Positions 48,199 to 62,885 of a DNA stretch of 64,000 bases are shown here, piece after piece. The notes under the pieces were generated by a model that was not told where the DNA came from, ran no database searches, and was given only the letters and a program-made list of their open reading frames with translations. Source of the DNA: Escherichia phage FP43; the sequence record MN648445. One strand, written 5' to 3'. Position numbers and translations under genes: made by a program. Position 1 is the stretch's first letter, and each line of letters begins with the position of its first letter.

Positions 48199-49769
48199 TA
48201 AAAATCCTCTTGTTCTTGGTCGGGGTCTTGGAAACGAGCCTCTTTCGACTCTTCTTCAATTTGCTTAGCCTCTTGTTCAATTTCCTCGTCAGACATCTGA
48301 AGAATATCTTTCATAGCTGTTCTGTGAGAAATATATTTACCAATAAATGGTTCGGCCATCTGAAGCATATTAATTCGACGCTCCAGAATCTCAGCATCCT
48401 TTAATTCAGAGAAATAACTATCCCGATGAAATTTTATCTTAATATTATTTATTTCATCATTCCACTCATCTTCTGTAATAATTCCTTTAAGAATTAAATT
48501 AGTTTTAAGCGGGTCTAGGAATATCTCTTCAAATTTATGTTGCAGCTCACGAATAAATTTACCAAATGATAATTCATCTCGTGTAATAGAAGTACCAGCA
48601 TCAAACTGTATACCACCTTGGTCACTTGGAATACGGGTAATAGGAATACGTAAAGCCATATAAAGCGCATTACGGAACCAACGTACATCTTCCATATTTC
48701 CAGTATTATCTGCACCTGGTAATGTGTCAACTTCTGTTACTGCTTTACCATCACGTCGTTGTAACCAATAATCTTCGGTCATCGACATAATATGCTGCTG
48801 GTTTTTAATCTTGCCTGTAGTAGCATCATATGCAATACGGTTTTTCATCGTGTTCATAACATGTTGCATATGTTCTGCTGCTTTTCTTGAAGGCATATTA
48901 CCTGTATCAACGTACCATACACGACGATCGGGAGCGCGAGTAATACGATAAATTACGACGGCATCTTCAAGAAGTTTTAATTGGTTCGCCGGCTTAATAG
49001 CCCGATGCAAATAACCAATGATATTTTTACCACAACAATCAACTAAACCAGAATGGGCATAAACAATCGCGGCTTTAGGGATTTTTATTTTTGTGCCAGC
49101 TTCATATATGCGACCATCACAAGCATAAGATTCGTGTGATGTGTCATAAATGAAATATTCTTTATAACCCTTGACTATTTTAACACCGGCTTCAGTGGTT
49201 GTAATAACTTCACGGACATATTGAACTTGACGTGGGTCTAAACGACGAAGCTCTTTAATACCTTCTTTAGGGCGTTTAGGGTCAATAATTTTATGGAAGA
49301 AAATTCGAGAATCCACATACCAACGTCTAAAATGATCTGAACCTTTACGTTGGAAAGATAAATGATTCAACACTTCGTTAAATTCATCCAACATCATTGA
49401 TTTGATATTTGGACTAAATTTTGTGTTGTCTAAATTTATAGAAACGACTTCTGTATCATCTTCATATACGATAGCATCGGAAACTATTTCAGAGACCGCG
49501 TTATCCACTTCATAGTTCGTCATCAGATTTCGATACGTATCGATTAATTCACGGGTTGATTTGAGCCCTGGTTCTTGACTACCGAACATTCTCTGAAACA
49601 TAGCATTATATGTTTGCTGTGCTTCATTTTCAGATACTTCGTATTCTTTCGCACCGTCGTCCAATTTTGGTGTGGTGATCGATTCTAAATTTTCTTTTTC
49701 TTGGTCTTTGTAATCACGTTCGTCCATTTTTGCCCATGGAGCAAACAAACTTAAGATATTAAATTTCAT
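48198..49769 (-). CDS. 20: Portal vertex protein gp20
   Basis: 523-aa ORF (T4 gp20 524 aa); synteny. Confidence 0.95.
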   Translation of the reverse strand: MKFNILSLFAPWAKMDERDYKDQEKENLESITTPKLDDGAKEYEVSENEAQQTYNAMFQRMFGSQEPGLKSTRELIDTYRNLMTNYEVDNAVSEIVSDAIVYEDDTEVVSINLDNTKFSPNIKSMMLDEFNEVLNHLSFQRKGSDHFRRWYVDSRIFFHKIIDPKRPKEGIKELRRLDPRQVQYVREVITTTEAGVKIVKGYKEYFIYDTSHESYACDGRIYEAGTKIKIPKAAIVYAHSGLVDCCGKNIIGYLHRAIKPANQLKLLEDAVVIYRITRAPDRRVWYVDTGNMPSRKAAEHMQHVMNTMKNRIAYDATTGKIKNQQHIMSMTEDYWLQRRDGKAVTEVDTLPGADNTGNMEDVRWFRNALYMALRIPITRIPSDQGGIQFDAGTSITRDELSFGKFIRELQHKFEEIFLDPLKTNLILKGIITEDEWNDEINNIKIKFHRDSYFSELKDAEILERRINMLQMAEPFIGKYISHRTAMKDILQMSDEEIEQEAKQIEEESKEARFQDPDQEQEDF

Positions 49770-49797
49770 TGTATTCTCCGAATGGGAATTATAGTTA

Positions 49798-49805
49798 TAT
49801 TTATA
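49798..49805 (-). promoter_or_regulatory. Late promoter (TATAAATA) for gene 20
   Basis: Exact TATAAATA on minus strand 29 nt upstream of gene 20 ATG. Confidence 0.65.
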
Positions 49806-49853
49806 TGGACTTCTCCGTCATCACGGGAAGCTGGGGATTTCTCCCCAACCAGA

Positions 49854-50345
49854 TTATTCCCACCAATCAAGAGCAAGAGTTACTTCGAACGTTTCAATCT
49901 CGTTATTGCTGTCCCAATCAAGAGATACTTCGCCAACGTTAGTAGGCCACAAGCCGACAATTTCGACTTCTTTAGTGACCGTTTTAGCATCGCGAGCAAA
50001 TTGGCGAACAATAGCAGACTTTTTATATTCAGCAGGTTTACCACCGGTAATTTCATTACCTTGTCCTGCTGCAATACCTTGCCAATCAACAAATTTCTGA
50101 CGAATGCTATGAGCATCATCGTTCATTACTGTAATAGTCCAATCATCAAATGTACGATCACCGGCCACATTAATTTTACGGTTCATATAAGAAACAGGAA
50201 CCTTTTCAACGATCGCAGCTGGAAGAGCCGTAGCACGACACTGGAAGCTAAAGTTTTGCCCAAGATAAGAGATTTCTACTTCGAACAGGTTAGGGCGAGC
50301 GAAATCACCTGATTCGAAGGCACGAGTTACGTCATCTACAAACAT
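49854..50345 (-). CDS. 19: Tail tube protein gp19
   Basis: 163-aa ORF, same length as T4 gp19. Confidence 0.9.
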   Translation of the reverse strand: MFVDDVTRAFESGDFARPNLFEVEISYLGQNFSFQCRATALPAAIVEKVPVSYMNRKINVAGDRTFDDWTITVMNDDAHSIRQKFVDWQGIAAGQGNEITGGKPAEYKKSAIVRQFARDAKTVTKEVEIVGLWPTNVGEVSLDWDSNNEIETFEVTLALDWWE

Positions 50346-50417
50346 ATTAGCCTCTGTAGTAATATGGGCTTAGGATTAACCAGACGCCCATAGAATTAAT
50401 TTTTAAACGATATAGTA

Positions 50418-50425
50418 TATTTATA
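50418..50425 (-). promoter_or_regulatory. Late promoter (TATAAATA) upstream of gene 19 with long leader
   Basis: Exact TATAAATA on minus strand 72 nt upstream of gene 19 ATG. Confidence 0.45.
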
Positions 50426-50426
50426 T

Positions 50427-50444
50427 GGGCTACCGAAATAGCCC
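50427..50444 (-). other. Hairpin immediately downstream of gene 18
   Basis: GGGCTA-CCGAAA-TAGCCC between gene 18 stop and the gene 19 late promoter. Confidence 0.45.
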
Positions 50445-50457
50445 ATCAGGCGTCTTA

Positions 50458-52440
50458 TTAACCACCTACAGCACCAATCAGTTCGTCGAAATCGGCACCA
50501 GTTGCTGTTGCTACAAAGTTCAACGTAATATAATTTATCGAGCGGGCCGGTTGTAAGTAGAAAGTAGCTACAAATTCATTACGGTCGATAACTGCTGGGG
50601 TGTTATTGGTAGTATCACAAACAACTTTAAAGTTATATACACCACCGAGAGCTTTAATACCCTGTAGATATTGAGAAGTCTCTGTACGGAAAGAAGAACG
50701 GGTAAATGCGTTGTTCAATTCAAACAGGCGATATTTAGATGCTGAACCAATGTTCGTTTTAACCATATTGAACAAACGACGAACGTTAATACGGTCAAAT
50801 GGTGAAGGAACAGAAGTGGCAGTTTTATCACCGTACAGAACATACCCATCACCACCGGTACCAGTAACAGGGTTAATAGCTTCCTGATACAAACGATCAC
50901 GTTGTGCTTGGCGAGTTTCAATTGCAAGCTTAATAACGTTAAGAATTTGTCCACGGTTATAACCGGCAGGAGACATCCAAGGCTGAGAAATATTGTCTGT
51001 GCGAGCACAAAGACCAGCAATATCAGCAGCTAATGGAACCCAACGATTCACATCATTATATTTATCATATTGATATTTATAGTTACCGTCAATAGCGGCA
51101 TAAGTAGAACTTACATTAAAGTTATTATCAGTGTAAGTTCCTGACGCAGTACGCCAATCAACCAGATTATCAACTGCACGATTAACAGGAATACCGACTA
51201 TAGTTGCACGTGGCGGTGAGCAAAGAACCAAGCAATCTTGGCGAGAATCACCAATTGCTACAACATGTTTCTGAACTGTAGAAGCAACTTCTAAAGATTC
51301 ACCTGCACAAGAACCTGCAATAAACAACTGCGCATTAACAGATTCGCGGTCAGCAAACAAATCCCAAGCTTCCATTAAATCGCCAGCGTCAACCGTTTCA
51401 TTAGATGATAAGCCACCGCCAAGTTTGATTACGCCAGAGAAACCTTTTGGCCAACCTTGTGCTGTAGCGAAAATATAATTGCTTGCGCCTTTAGCAAAGA
51501 AATCATCAATAAAGATATTACTACCATAAATATCGCGTTCACCACGTTTAGTAGAAAGAACTACACTCTGGACTACAGCATCGTTACGACGAACGATAAT
51601 TGCATATTGGTCATCAGTTTGTGGGCCATACCCAAAGATTGCTTTAGCAGTAGATGCGCGAGTACCACCATCAGGATAAATTTTTAACTGGGCTGAAGCA
51701 CCTTTGTCGTAGTCTGCTTTAGATACGATTTCAATTTCGAGCTGGTCGCCAAGTTCACCAGGATAAAGAGCAACTACGCCTGGGACACCATATTTTTTAA
51801 TAGATTCTTGGAAAGTTAGAGAAGTAATAGCTTCTTCAGAAGTTTCAACTTCAGTTAACAGAATACCCGAATCGGTTACGATAGAACCAATTGTAATAAC
51901 GCCAGAGAGTCCAGAAGAAGAACTGGCAACTTCGGCGGTCCAGTTAGAACCCAATGCCGGATATTCATTAATTTCTTTTGCACGAGCAATAATTTTACCG
52001 GTTGGGATATAAATGTTAAGAATTTTACCATCGACATCAACTGAAGTGACATAACCATCTGCTTCAACAGTTTCGGTCAAATACTTAACGATAATTTTAT
52101 CACCAACTGCATAGTTACTACCAGCAGCAGAGATTGTGAATTCAATATTGCCTGCTACAGGAGATGAGTTCTTAGCAGTATCACGGTCAACTGCGCGTAC
52201 AACACGAAGGTCATTACCATATTGAAGGAAGTTCATAGCAGACATGAAATAATCTGCTGTATCCGTATTAGGAGTACCAAACATATCAACCAATGCAACT
52301 TCATCAGTGATTTGTTTAATCTGGAATGCAGGTCCCCATTGGAATTTTCCAGCCAAGGCAGCAGTACCAGTGGAGTTATTAACTACAGTACTCTGTACGG
52401 TAGTTTCTTTGAGCTCAACGCCCGGAGAGAGAAGTGACAT
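50458..52440 (-). CDS. 18: Contractile tail sheath protein gp18
   Basis: 660-aa ORF (T4 gp18 659 aa). Confidence 0.95.
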   Translation of the reverse strand: MSLLSPGVELKETTVQSTVVNNSTGTAALAGKFQWGPAFQIKQITDEVALVDMFGTPNTDTADYFMSAMNFLQYGNDLRVVRAVDRDTAKNSSPVAGNIEFTISAAGSNYAVGDKIIVKYLTETVEADGYVTSVDVDGKILNIYIPTGKIIARAKEINEYPALGSNWTAEVASSSSGLSGVITIGSIVTDSGILLTEVETSEEAITSLTFQESIKKYGVPGVVALYPGELGDQLEIEIVSKADYDKGASAQLKIYPDGGTRASTAKAIFGYGPQTDDQYAIIVRRNDAVVQSVVLSTKRGERDIYGSNIFIDDFFAKGASNYIFATAQGWPKGFSGVIKLGGGLSSNETVDAGDLMEAWDLFADRESVNAQLFIAGSCAGESLEVASTVQKHVVAIGDSRQDCLVLCSPPRATIVGIPVNRAVDNLVDWRTASGTYTDNNFNVSSTYAAIDGNYKYQYDKYNDVNRWVPLAADIAGLCARTDNISQPWMSPAGYNRGQILNVIKLAIETRQAQRDRLYQEAINPVTGTGGDGYVLYGDKTATSVPSPFDRINVRRLFNMVKTNIGSASKYRLFELNNAFTRSSFRTETSQYLQGIKALGGVYNFKVVCDTTNNTPAVIDRNEFVATFYLQPARSINYITLNFVATATGADFDELIGAVGG

Positions 52441-52467
52441 TTTAATTCCTCTTAATTTGCTTTATTT

Positions 52468-54793
<2,326 letters not shown>

Positions 54794-55618
54794 TTATTGT
54801 TTTCTAGGACCAGGAGGGGTTGGTGGAGTCGGGATTGGAATATCATGAGTATAAGTTTGTTCAACTTCACCATTCCAATCTTGTGCTTCAACGTCTCTCG
54901 GTTTAATTTCTGTATCAACTGATTCAAAAACGCTGGCGGCTGTTTGAAGGTCTCGTTCATTAGCATGAAAATCAAGATAAGTCGTTTTAATAAGGCCTTC
55001 AGCTGCGCCTACCGGAGGATACATCCATCCATTTACTTCAAATGTTAATGACCACTCTAAACGTCGACGAGATAAATTATCACCGTCTATTTGTTCATCC
55101 ATTGCTGCTGCCATCCATACGACTTTAATATCCCTTTCAAATGGAATATCCTGTCCATATTGCTCAATCATAGTCGTATTAAAATGCGGCTGAAAATATG
55201 GAATAATTTGCTCAACGATTTGGAACATATCATCTTCATAACGAGTAAAGATGCTCAGTTCAAAAATCATTTTAATTGGTGATGGGTTGTATTGGTCTAC
55301 AATATCCTTAGTCGATTTACTCAAAAGAGAGTTATTCAATATATTCGTTTTAAACGTTGGGTTATAAACGAAATCTACCATTTGGAGATTTATACGTGGT
55401 AGAATAGTTTCGACTTTAGCCACATCTTCTTGTGAGTTTATAGAGGTCCATTTATTAAGTTTCATCATAAAGTGCTCTTTAGATGCATACGTAATAGGAA
55501 CTCTAATTAATTTATTGCCTGTAGACAATTGACGGTTAACTTGGATATTTGAAAACAAATCGCCCATCATTGTGATATATCGCCTGAACGACGAGTTGTA
55601 AAAATAGCCAAACATCAT
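54794..55618 (-). CDS. 15: Tail sheath stabilizer / tail completion protein gp15
   Basis: 274-aa ORF (T4 272 aa). Confidence 0.85.
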   Translation of the reverse strand: MMFGYFYNSSFRRYITMMGDLFSNIQVNRQLSTGNKLIRVPITYASKEHFMMKLNKWTSINSQEDVAKVETILPRINLQMVDFVYNPTFKTNILNNSLLSKSTKDIVDQYNPSPIKMIFELSIFTRYEDDMFQIVEQIIPYFQPHFNTTMIEQYGQDIPFERDIKVVWMAAAMDEQIDGDNLSRRRLEWSLTFEVNGWMYPPVGAAEGLIKTTYLDFHANERDLQTAASVFESVDTEIKPRDVEAQDWNGEVEQTYTHDIPIPTPPTPPGPRKQ

Positions 55619-55626
55619 TTCTCCTA

Positions 55627-55644
55627 ACCGGTCTTTCGACCGGT
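55627..55644 (-). other. Perfect 7-bp hairpin just upstream of the gene 15 RBS
   Basis: ACCGGTC-TTTC-GACCGGT between gene 14 stop and gene 15 start. Confidence 0.4.
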
Positions 55645-55667
55645 GTTTGCTTTATCTTATCTATTTA

Positions 55668-56432
55668 TTAATTCATAAACCCGTCATCAAATGGTGAATT
55701 TTGTCTACCACGGTTGTTAACTACTACATATGGTTCAACGTATTCACTTGCCTCTGAATTGATTTGCTCAACTTCAGAATACTCATCGATATTAATGTCA
55801 TGGATACCGTCAAGATTTCTAACAGGGTTAAGTTCCAAGTCACTAAATTCAGGTATATTGATACCTTCATTTTTCTGAAGCACCGGATTGATTTCTTCAC
55901 CAGAGTAAATAAACTTGCCTGCAGTAATTTTACGAATCGCATTTTTACCTACTTGATAGAATGGGTCATATGGTTCAACCCAGTTAATCTCAAACAAACT
56001 GTTGTCCATTGGGAAGTATATTAAATCACCTTCCTTGGGCTCCTGATTGTTGACCTGGTGTTTGAAAAGACCCGGGTTAATAGATAATGTAACTTCGTCT
56101 TGAACTTGCATTCCGAAGTTGCTGAAGAACGATTTCGCTCCTTCATAACCTTCAAATGAGTTCAGATATGCTGCAAATTTCCATGCTTTAGTAAATTTAT
56201 TTTTAAGGTCCTCGCCAAAGATAAGGTCCACAGCAACATATTCACGTGGAACATAAAAACATTCAATACCGCGCATCTGTATGCTTTCTGCCACTAGAAC
56301 ATCAGCTAGGGTTTGACTATTTTCGTATTTGTTGAAGTTCACGTATTTGTTTAAAATCTCGGTCTCATTTGTCTGAGAATACCCATCACGATTTTCTAGC
56401 TTGGCGAAAAGATTTTTATCATAAGTTGCCAT
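55668..56432 (-). CDS. 14: Neck protein gp14
   Basis: 254-aa ORF (T4 256 aa). Confidence 0.85.
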   Translation of the reverse strand: MATYDKNLFAKLENRDGYSQTNETEILNKYVNFNKYENSQTLADVLVAESIQMRGIECFYVPREYVAVDLIFGEDLKNKFTKAWKFAAYLNSFEGYEGAKSFFSNFGMQVQDEVTLSINPGLFKHQVNNQEPKEGDLIYFPMDNSLFEINWVEPYDPFYQVGKNAIRKITAGKFIYSGEEINPVLQKNEGINIPEFSDLELNPVRNLDGIHDINIDEYSEVEQINSEASEYVEPYVVVNNRGRQNSPFDDGFMN

Positions 56433-56433
56433 A

Positions 56434-57360
56434 TTAACCTACCAAAATACCTGCAGGAGGGTCTAGTAAATATAACTCTTCTCGTAAAGCTTCTTTCTCT
56501 AAACGAGCTTCTTCAATTAATCGAACACCGTCGACAGTGACACCACCCGGTAACATCATACCTTGATGTTTAGCAAGAATTTGTCCGTTAAGCTCTTTAG
56601 CTAATGCAGTTGCATAATCTTTAACCCAGCGGTTGTTATATGCGCCTTGTTTAGTTGCAGGATCTTCACCAACTCGACGTCCTACCAAATTATGGTCTGG
56701 ATTATCATAACGTTCAGAAATAGACCATGAATCACGAGGACCGACCTGACCGTACCCTACTGTATTTCCTACCATCTTATGGGTCTCGATATAAGAGCGA
56801 ACATACGATTCAACGATAATGACATCTTTCTGTCTAAAGTTACCCATTACTTTTAATTGCTCGTTTGCAGAGTTAAACCAAAAATCTGGAAGAGGAGCAA
56901 TCATATCTTGAAGCATACCCATATAAGATACTAATTGAGAATAATACCCGAGATCAGCACCAAAAGCGTTCGGGCCGTAGAATTTACCACAATTACTACC
57001 CATACCACCTGAAACACCGGCCATTCCTAAAAGGAAATCAGTGAACCATGGATAAGTTGCATTACCATCCATTGAAGTAATGGAGCCAACATTTGTTCTT
57101 ATAATTCTTGTTACAGCAAATACGTTAGAACCACGCATATCAAATACGCCGTGACGGTATTTTTCTTCGTCATCAACAAAAAATACATGGAAACCTTTAT
57201 TCAACCCGTCAAAATGGTATTCGCCATAAAGTTCTAACGCTCGTGAAATACAATCATAAATTTGGTCTGTAGTTAATTCAACATTTACAATAGGAGCGCC
57301 TAAACGACGTAATATTACATCCTTTAATTCTTTAGGGTTTTGTGCATTATAACCTGACAT
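56434..57360 (-). CDS. 13: Neck protein gp13
   Basis: 308-aa ORF (T4 309 aa). Confidence 0.85.
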   Translation of the reverse strand: MSGYNAQNPKELKDVILRRLGAPIVNVELTTDQIYDCISRALELYGEYHFDGLNKGFHVFFVDDEEKYRHGVFDMRGSNVFAVTRIIRTNVGSITSMDGNATYPWFTDFLLGMAGVSGGMGSNCGKFYGPNAFGADLGYYSQLVSYMGMLQDMIAPLPDFWFNSANEQLKVMGNFRQKDVIIVESYVRSYIETHKMVGNTVGYGQVGPRDSWSISERYDNPDHNLVGRRVGEDPATKQGAYNNRWVKDYATALAKELNGQILAKHQGMMLPGGVTVDGVRLIEEARLEKEALREELYLLDPPAGILVG

Positions 57361-57371
57361 ATAAATCCTTT

Positions 57372-57387
57372 AGGGCCCGAAGGCCCT
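57372..57387 (-). other. Hairpin between wac and gene 13 (no U-tract on the coding strand)
   Basis: AGGGCC-CGAA-GGCCCT. Confidence 0.4.
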
Positions 57388-57392
57388 TTTCA

Positions 57393-58841
57393 TTAAGCTG
57401 TAGGAAGTTCAACCCATGCGCCATCTTTGCGAACATAGAATTTACCGTCTGAAGGAGCATCTTCAATATATCCAGCGTCCTTAAGAGTTTGGATTTCAGC
57501 TTCTGCAGCGGCCAAATCAGTTTCAAGAGTAGCAATTCTAGAAGTTAAACCATTAATTGTCGTATCATGACTTTTAACTGTAGGCAATATACCGCGTTCT
57601 TCAACAGTCGAACCATTTGGGTTGGTGCCATTTATAAGAGTATTTAATGTGTTTACAGAACCCTTAATTCCTGTGGAATTAGTCCCAACATCAGTTTGAA
57701 TGTTCTGAATGTCATTACTCATCCCACTGATAGTTCCTTCAAGCTCTCGAGTACGATAAAGCAGAGAGCCGTCTGGTTCCGGTTTCCCACCTGAAGCGTC
57801 AACACCAACTACGTTATTTAACCATGATACATTAAAACGCAGTCCTGACGAAGAATCAGAGCCGACAACAGTGTTCAATGCTCCGATAGCATCAGTATTG
57901 AGTTTAATACGTCCTTGGATTGTAGTAGGCAAATCATCAGCGCCAATGGCAGTTTCTACTGTAGTCAAACGAGGTTTAATACCACCTGATTGATTGAGCT
58001 CAAGATTAATGTCGTTTATTGCTGAACTATTCGCATTAGTTGTAGTAATAATAGAAGTCGTATTAGGATACCCAATAGACTGTTTAATGCCGTCCAAGTC
58101 AGCATTTTGACGCGACAAAGTTAAATCAATACCGGAAAGACGACTAAACACTGGAGTAGTGAAAGAAGTGCGAGGTCCCATTTCTTCGCGCAAGTGTTCG
58201 ACTTCAGTAGTTAAAGAGCCGACGTCAGAATCAGCAAATTTAGTTTCTAGATCAGTTAATCGAACACCGTGGTCAACAATTACGGAGCTATTAGTCATAA
58301 TACGGCGTTTCATACCAGTGCTATCATTTCCTGGAGTAGGAACCCCATTAATATCTTGACCAGTATATTGTCCTAATTCATTTTTAATCCAAAGCAGGTC
58401 GTTACGAACCGTTCTATAAACTGAATCTTTTTCCTGATTATAAACACCAATATCATCAGTATTCGCATCAATATGTTCATTCAAATCATTCAATTCACTA
58501 GCATGGGTTTGAACTGTGACTTTAATGACATCAATATCTTGGGTGTTCTGGCCTATCTGTGCAAGAGCATCAACATCCCCAGAAACATCTAAAATACCTT
58601 GAATAGCTTTGATATCTTCATTGGCCGTATTCAAAGAAGATGCTATAGTTTTAATATTAACATCTAACGCTTCTACGTTACGTTGAACTTCAACAATAGG
58701 ACGGTTCATTACACCTTCAGAACCGTATTTTGTGTCAGCACCTGTTATTTCTTCATCGTTTTTAATCCATTCAATACGACTCTGACCCGCGTCTGGCGGG
58801 CCGTCAACATATGGTAAATCTACCAGAGTTATATCAGCCAT
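57393..58841 (-). CDS. wac: Fibritin (whisker antigen control)
   Basis: 482-aa ORF with coiled-coil repeats and C-terminal foldon-like GYIEDAPSDGKFYVRKDGAWVELPTA. Confidence 0.9.
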   Translation of the reverse strand: MADITLVDLPYVDGPPDAGQSRIEWIKNDEEITGADTKYGSEGVMNRPIVEVQRNVEALDVNIKTIASSLNTANEDIKAIQGILDVSGDVDALAQIGQNTQDIDVIKVTVQTHASELNDLNEHIDANTDDIGVYNQEKDSVYRTVRNDLLWIKNELGQYTGQDINGVPTPGNDSTGMKRRIMTNSSVIVDHGVRLTDLETKFADSDVGSLTTEVEHLREEMGPRTSFTTPVFSRLSGIDLTLSRQNADLDGIKQSIGYPNTTSIITTTNANSSAINDINLELNQSGGIKPRLTTVETAIGADDLPTTIQGRIKLNTDAIGALNTVVGSDSSSGLRFNVSWLNNVVGVDASGGKPEPDGSLLYRTRELEGTISGMSNDIQNIQTDVGTNSTGIKGSVNTLNTLINGTNPNGSTVEERGILPTVKSHDTTINGLTSRIATLETDLAAAEAEIQTLKDAGYIEDAPSDGKFYVRKDGAWVELPTA

Positions 58842-60424
58842 TATTTTACCTTAATGATATAGTTTAAAGAAATGTTCCATGGACGTGTTTCATTTCCAAT
58901 TAATTCAGGACGATTTAATGTATATTTGGAATTTCGTTGTGATGCCGGGTCAATTTCATATCCGTCATTGGTGAAGTATGAACGGTTATCCCAGTCGAGT
59001 CCTTTACGTGTACCAACAAAATTTGATCTACGGGTATTACCGAATGCTCCAGAATCATCATGTTCACCAAAACCGCCAGCATGCTTATGATATGACATCT
59101 GTTGTTTCTGTACTTCACCAACATATCCACCAGTACAACCTACACCTAATCTAGGCTTACCAAACTGGTCATTACCATTAACATTTGGATTTGTTAAGTG
59201 AGAGCCACGACCTGAGCCACGAACAAATAATCCACGCATATCAGGCAAGCCTGGGTTAGAAGAACTACCACCATATCGTGTCCCAATTCTGGAAGCATAT
59301 ACCGGACATTCTGAAGCAGAAACGGTCCCACCGTGACAGAAGCGCCAGTCAGAACTCGGTAAACTATCTGCAGCCCACATTGTAATAGCGCCAACTGGAA
59401 GAATTCGGTCTAATTCATTTTGAGTCACAATACGATTGCCTTGAATATAACCACCGGTCATATTGACATTACCCGTTATATTAGCACCACCAGAACCAAC
59501 CGTCAACGTATTATTAATGCGAAGCGTGCCATTAATAGTTTGTCCGCCTCGTTGGTGGATAACATCAGCATTCCAAGCAAGGGCAGAAGAACCATCACCA
59601 CCTGATTGGTTACCCGCTTGTGTAGTTAAACGAACAACTCCACGTAAAGAAGTTGTAGCCCCACGCCCGTTTAATGTTGCGCCGGTCACTACAACTGAAG
59701 AGTTGTTACTATTTACTTCAGTCTGTGTCCCTAGTTTAACGACGCCTTTATTAGTTTCTGATGCTACTGAATTCATAAAGGTATAAGGTGAAATTGCATA
59801 GCCTTCACGCAGGGTGCCTTGTTGCGCTTGAGCAACTGTAGCCAAACGAACAACACCGGTAATAGATTCGGTGGCGTCACTATTATTTGGAGCAATTTGC
59901 GAAATAAGTTTAATTGCTAATTGCTGGGTTTTTAACGGGGTCATTGCCGTTGTATCGTCAGAACCAGCTAATGCCGCAGCAGAAGTTGAAATTTTAATTA
60001 CACCATTTGTTGCTTCTGTTGACACTTTTGTCTGAAATACATCGTCTATTTTTTGATTCAATTTAAGCGGAGTAATTGATGCATCGTCAATAGTTCCTGT
60101 TACTGCTTCATCTTCAGTAGCATAACGAGTTAAGCCATATTGAGTTTCTGTTGCATTAGGATATTGTAGACGAGCATTCAGCGATGCCGGAGTAACAGCT
60201 TTACTATTATCTAATCCATCAATAACTTCTTGTGGAGTAGCTATTTGAATAATTCCTGGTGTAGTAGTTGTTGCTTCCGGTACACCATTAACACCTGAAG
60301 GAGAAATAGCAGCTAATGCGGCTTGGACATTAGTGACTGTATCTGGAAAATTCGACCCCGTAGGGTCGAATTCAACGTAAATAGATTCATTTGAAACGTG
60401 TTGGTATGTATTGTTATTACTCAT
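58841..60424 (-). CDS. 12: Short tail fiber gp12
   Basis: 527-aa ORF, same length as T4 gp12. Confidence 0.9.
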   Translation of the reverse strand: MSNNNTYQHVSNESIYVEFDPTGSNFPDTVTNVQAALAAISPSGVNGVPEATTTTPGIIQIATPQEVIDGLDNSKAVTPASLNARLQYPNATETQYGLTRYATEDEAVTGTIDDASITPLKLNQKIDDVFQTKVSTEATNGVIKISTSAAALAGSDDTTAMTPLKTQQLAIKLISQIAPNNSDATESITGVVRLATVAQAQQGTLREGYAISPYTFMNSVASETNKGVVKLGTQTEVNSNNSSVVVTGATLNGRGATTSLRGVVRLTTQAGNQSGGDGSSALAWNADVIHQRGGQTINGTLRINNTLTVGSGGANITGNVNMTGGYIQGNRIVTQNELDRILPVGAITMWAADSLPSSDWRFCHGGTVSASECPVYASRIGTRYGGSSSNPGLPDMRGLFVRGSGRGSHLTNPNVNGNDQFGKPRLGVGCTGGYVGEVQKQQMSYHKHAGGFGEHDDSGAFGNTRRSNFVGTRKGLDWDNRSYFTNDGYEIDPASQRNSKYTLNRPELIGNETRPWNISLNYIIKVK

Positions 60425-61098
60425 GAGGCTCTCACAAAGTGGTAGAAAACGGTAGGAGTATCATGGTTATCAAGAGTAACCGTTTGGGCACCCAATAAAT
60501 TCCATGTTCCGTATCCGGATTTTGCTTCAGACAAAATTTCTTGCGAAATTGTTACACCAAACGAAGCATATGTTGGCAACACATGACGTTGGTTATCTAA
60601 ATATGTCACCTGAAGTTTATTACCTTCGGATGGATGGTCTTTATAAGAAGAAATAGCGATTTGATTAGCAATGGCTTCTTGTAAAGCTATACGAACTTGT
60701 GCAGTTAATTCGTTATCAGTCATACCTATTGTTGCTTTAACAGCAAGTCCAAATACGTTAATAACGACCGGCGTTCCAGGGGCCAAAGTATCGTCGAGAA
60801 CATCACCAGAAAAAGTCCAATAATCAACTTGTGCTGTACCTTCAGGCGATATGCCTGAAGTGTTTGTGACAACAGTACCAATATCAGCTCGTGCCATATT
60901 ATGGACATCATTTATTGCAGATTCTACGTTAGCATCATAAAAACCGCGAGCTAACTGAGAAATAGTCACGGAACCTACAGCTTGGTTGTTTAAAACATCA
61001 ATTTGAGCTGGATTTTTTCTGTAATTCAAAAAATCGGCATGACGGGAAATAACTCCCGCCTTTGTATTAAGTACAGTCATTATGCAATCCTTACCCAA
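60421..61098 (-). CDS. 11: Baseplate wedge / short tail fiber attachment protein gp11
   Basis: 225-aa ORF (T4 219 aa). Confidence 0.85.
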   Translation of the reverse strand: MGKDCIMTVLNTKAGVISRHADFLNYRKNPAQIDVLNNQAVGSVTISQLARGFYDANVESAINDVHNMARADIGTVVTNTSGISPEGTAQVDYWTFSGDVLDDTLAPGTPVVINVFGLAVKATIGMTDNELTAQVRIALQEAIANQIAISSYKDHPSEGNKLQVTYLDNQRHVLPTYASFGVTISQEILSEAKSGYGTWNLLGAQTVTLDNHDTPTVFYHFVRAS

Positions 61099-62885
61099 CG
61101 GTATACAGTTATAGATGGCTGAATATTAGTTATAGAACGCGCTGGAACATGAGATCCATTAGTCTTTGCATGGTCTTCACGATATTTAGTGTAAATAGGA
61201 CCTTCTTCATCCGGGTCATATTGGCAACCGCCTATAATTACTGTACCATTATCATCAGAAATAAGAACCTTTTCATCGGTTTGTGTAGCCGGTAAATCAG
61301 CATTTTCTAATGTGATGGTTGTTACACCAACGGTACCACCTGCGGTATGAGTAGGGTTACCATTGACGTCAAGGTCATTATTATTTAATGCAAAATTAGG
61401 ATCGGATGCGTCGTCATTCCAACCTGCTAATACTTTGCCTTGCCCCCAAATTTTCCATGAACCAAAACCTAAATAAGTGGCCGGATTATTAGGGTTAACA
61501 GCATTTTCGTAAATAGTCCCAACAGGATAAATTGTGTCAAATATTGCTGAGATAGTCGAGAATTCACGTTCATACTTAGGAACAGGTTCTACATTAGGCC
61601 ATCCAATTTTATCGAAATCTGTTAATGCAACGTCACCAGTAATTTCAATGTTAGACCCTTGAGAAACATATTTCTCATCAGCGACATCAAGAATTTCTTC
61701 CATTTCAAGAAGAGTTCCTAAATCGTTATTAAACCATGTTATGGTAATAATGTCTTGGTCTTCAAATTGACGGTCAAACAGAATTGCGCTAGGGATATTA
61801 TCAGTATATTCAATCGCATAATCTGTATACGATTGAGTCCATGTCCCACCGAGATTAGCGCATGACTCTTCAGAATCAGCATCCACACCTTCACAACGGA
61901 AAATAGGAGTTCCAACAGTACCCGCTAATTCTTGGAGAATACCATTGAAGCGAACTTCTAATGAATTCGGGTTAGGTGGTTCTGTAGGATTAATACCAAA
62001 TGCTGTAAATGGAATAGACCTGAATGTACTCAAATCAGTGACGTAAATACTTCCGTCAATAGACTTTTTAGCAGTCAATTTACTATCTAAAATGCGAACT
62101 TGGCGACGAGTATATGAACTACGCCACTGAGAAACACCGTCTAGGAATGTCTCAATTTGTACAGTGTCCCCAACATTACATGGTTGGCGTAATCTAATAT
62201 TAAATCCATCGAGTGCAACCAGTTCACCAGGATTAGCGCCTGGAGAACCAAAATCACTATTATCACTGAATACATCACCATAATACAATTCGTTGCCACG
62301 ATGTTTTACGCGAATGTTGTTAACGTTATAAGAGGTACCGTTAAAAACATCCATGAAATCGGTCTGACCTTGGGTTTCAACCAGATATTCTCTACGAGCA
62401 ACATTACTAATGTCAGAGCTAACTATTTTATCAATTTGTTTGTTCTTGATGTATTCCCAACGTCCAGGAGCACAATAAACTAATTCTAAATCAGAGAACT
62501 GAACGTTAATTTCTACCGGAGATGAAGAACCTTTAATCGTGTCCCCGTTTGCCGGAATTAAAGTAACAGGGTTAATGTTCCAAGTTGCAAATACGTCACG
62601 AGCACGAATAACTTTATTATAGTCTGCAATTGTCCCTTTAGGAAGATTTACCGAAACCCGTCCAGAAGTAGTATTAATTGCATAAGATTTACCCCAAGCG
62701 GCCTTAAGATTAAGACCATCAGCCGCATCATAGGTCTTCCATGCACCAGCGGCATAAGGAACTTCACCGTCACCTAATTCATAATAGATTTCGTCAAAGT
62801 TCTCATTTATCTTTTCACCACCTCGACGAAGGTAATCGCCTTGTCCGTCATCAACGACGTTACCAATTTTAATATTTTGTTTCAT
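61080..62885 (-). CDS. 10: Baseplate wedge protein gp10
   Basis: 601-aa ORF (T4 602 aa). Confidence 0.85.
   Translation of the reverse strand: MKQNIKIGNVVDDGQGDYLRRGGEKINENFDEIYYELGDGEVPYAAGAWKTYDAADGLNLKAAWGKSYAINTTSGRVSVNLPKGTIADYNKVIRARDVFATWNINPVTLIPANGDTIKGSSSPVEINVQFSDLELVYCAPGRWEYIKNKQIDKIVSSDISNVARREYLVETQGQTDFMDVFNGTSYNVNNIRVKHRGNELYYGDVFSDNSDFGSPGANPGELVALDGFNIRLRQPCNVGDTVQIETFLDGVSQWRSSYTRRQVRILDSKLTAKKSIDGSIYVTDLSTFRSIPFTAFGINPTEPPNPNSLEVRFNGILQELAGTVGTPIFRCEGVDADSEESCANLGGTWTQSYTDYAIEYTDNIPSAILFDRQFEDQDIITITWFNNDLGTLLEMEEILDVADEKYVSQGSNIEITGDVALTDFDKIGWPNVEPVPKYEREFSTISAIFDTIYPVGTIYENAVNPNNPATYLGFGSWKIWGQGKVLAGWNDDASDPNFALNNNDLDVNGNPTHTAGGTVGVTTITLENADLPATQTDEKVLISDDNGTVIIGGCQYDPDEEGPIYTKYREDHAKTNGSHVPARSITNIQPSITVYRWVRIA

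Noticed and set aside
49782-50312. 176-aa plus-strand ORF
   Set aside because: Fully antisense to tail tube gene 19 (conserved, 163 aa as in T4); no promoter or RBS.
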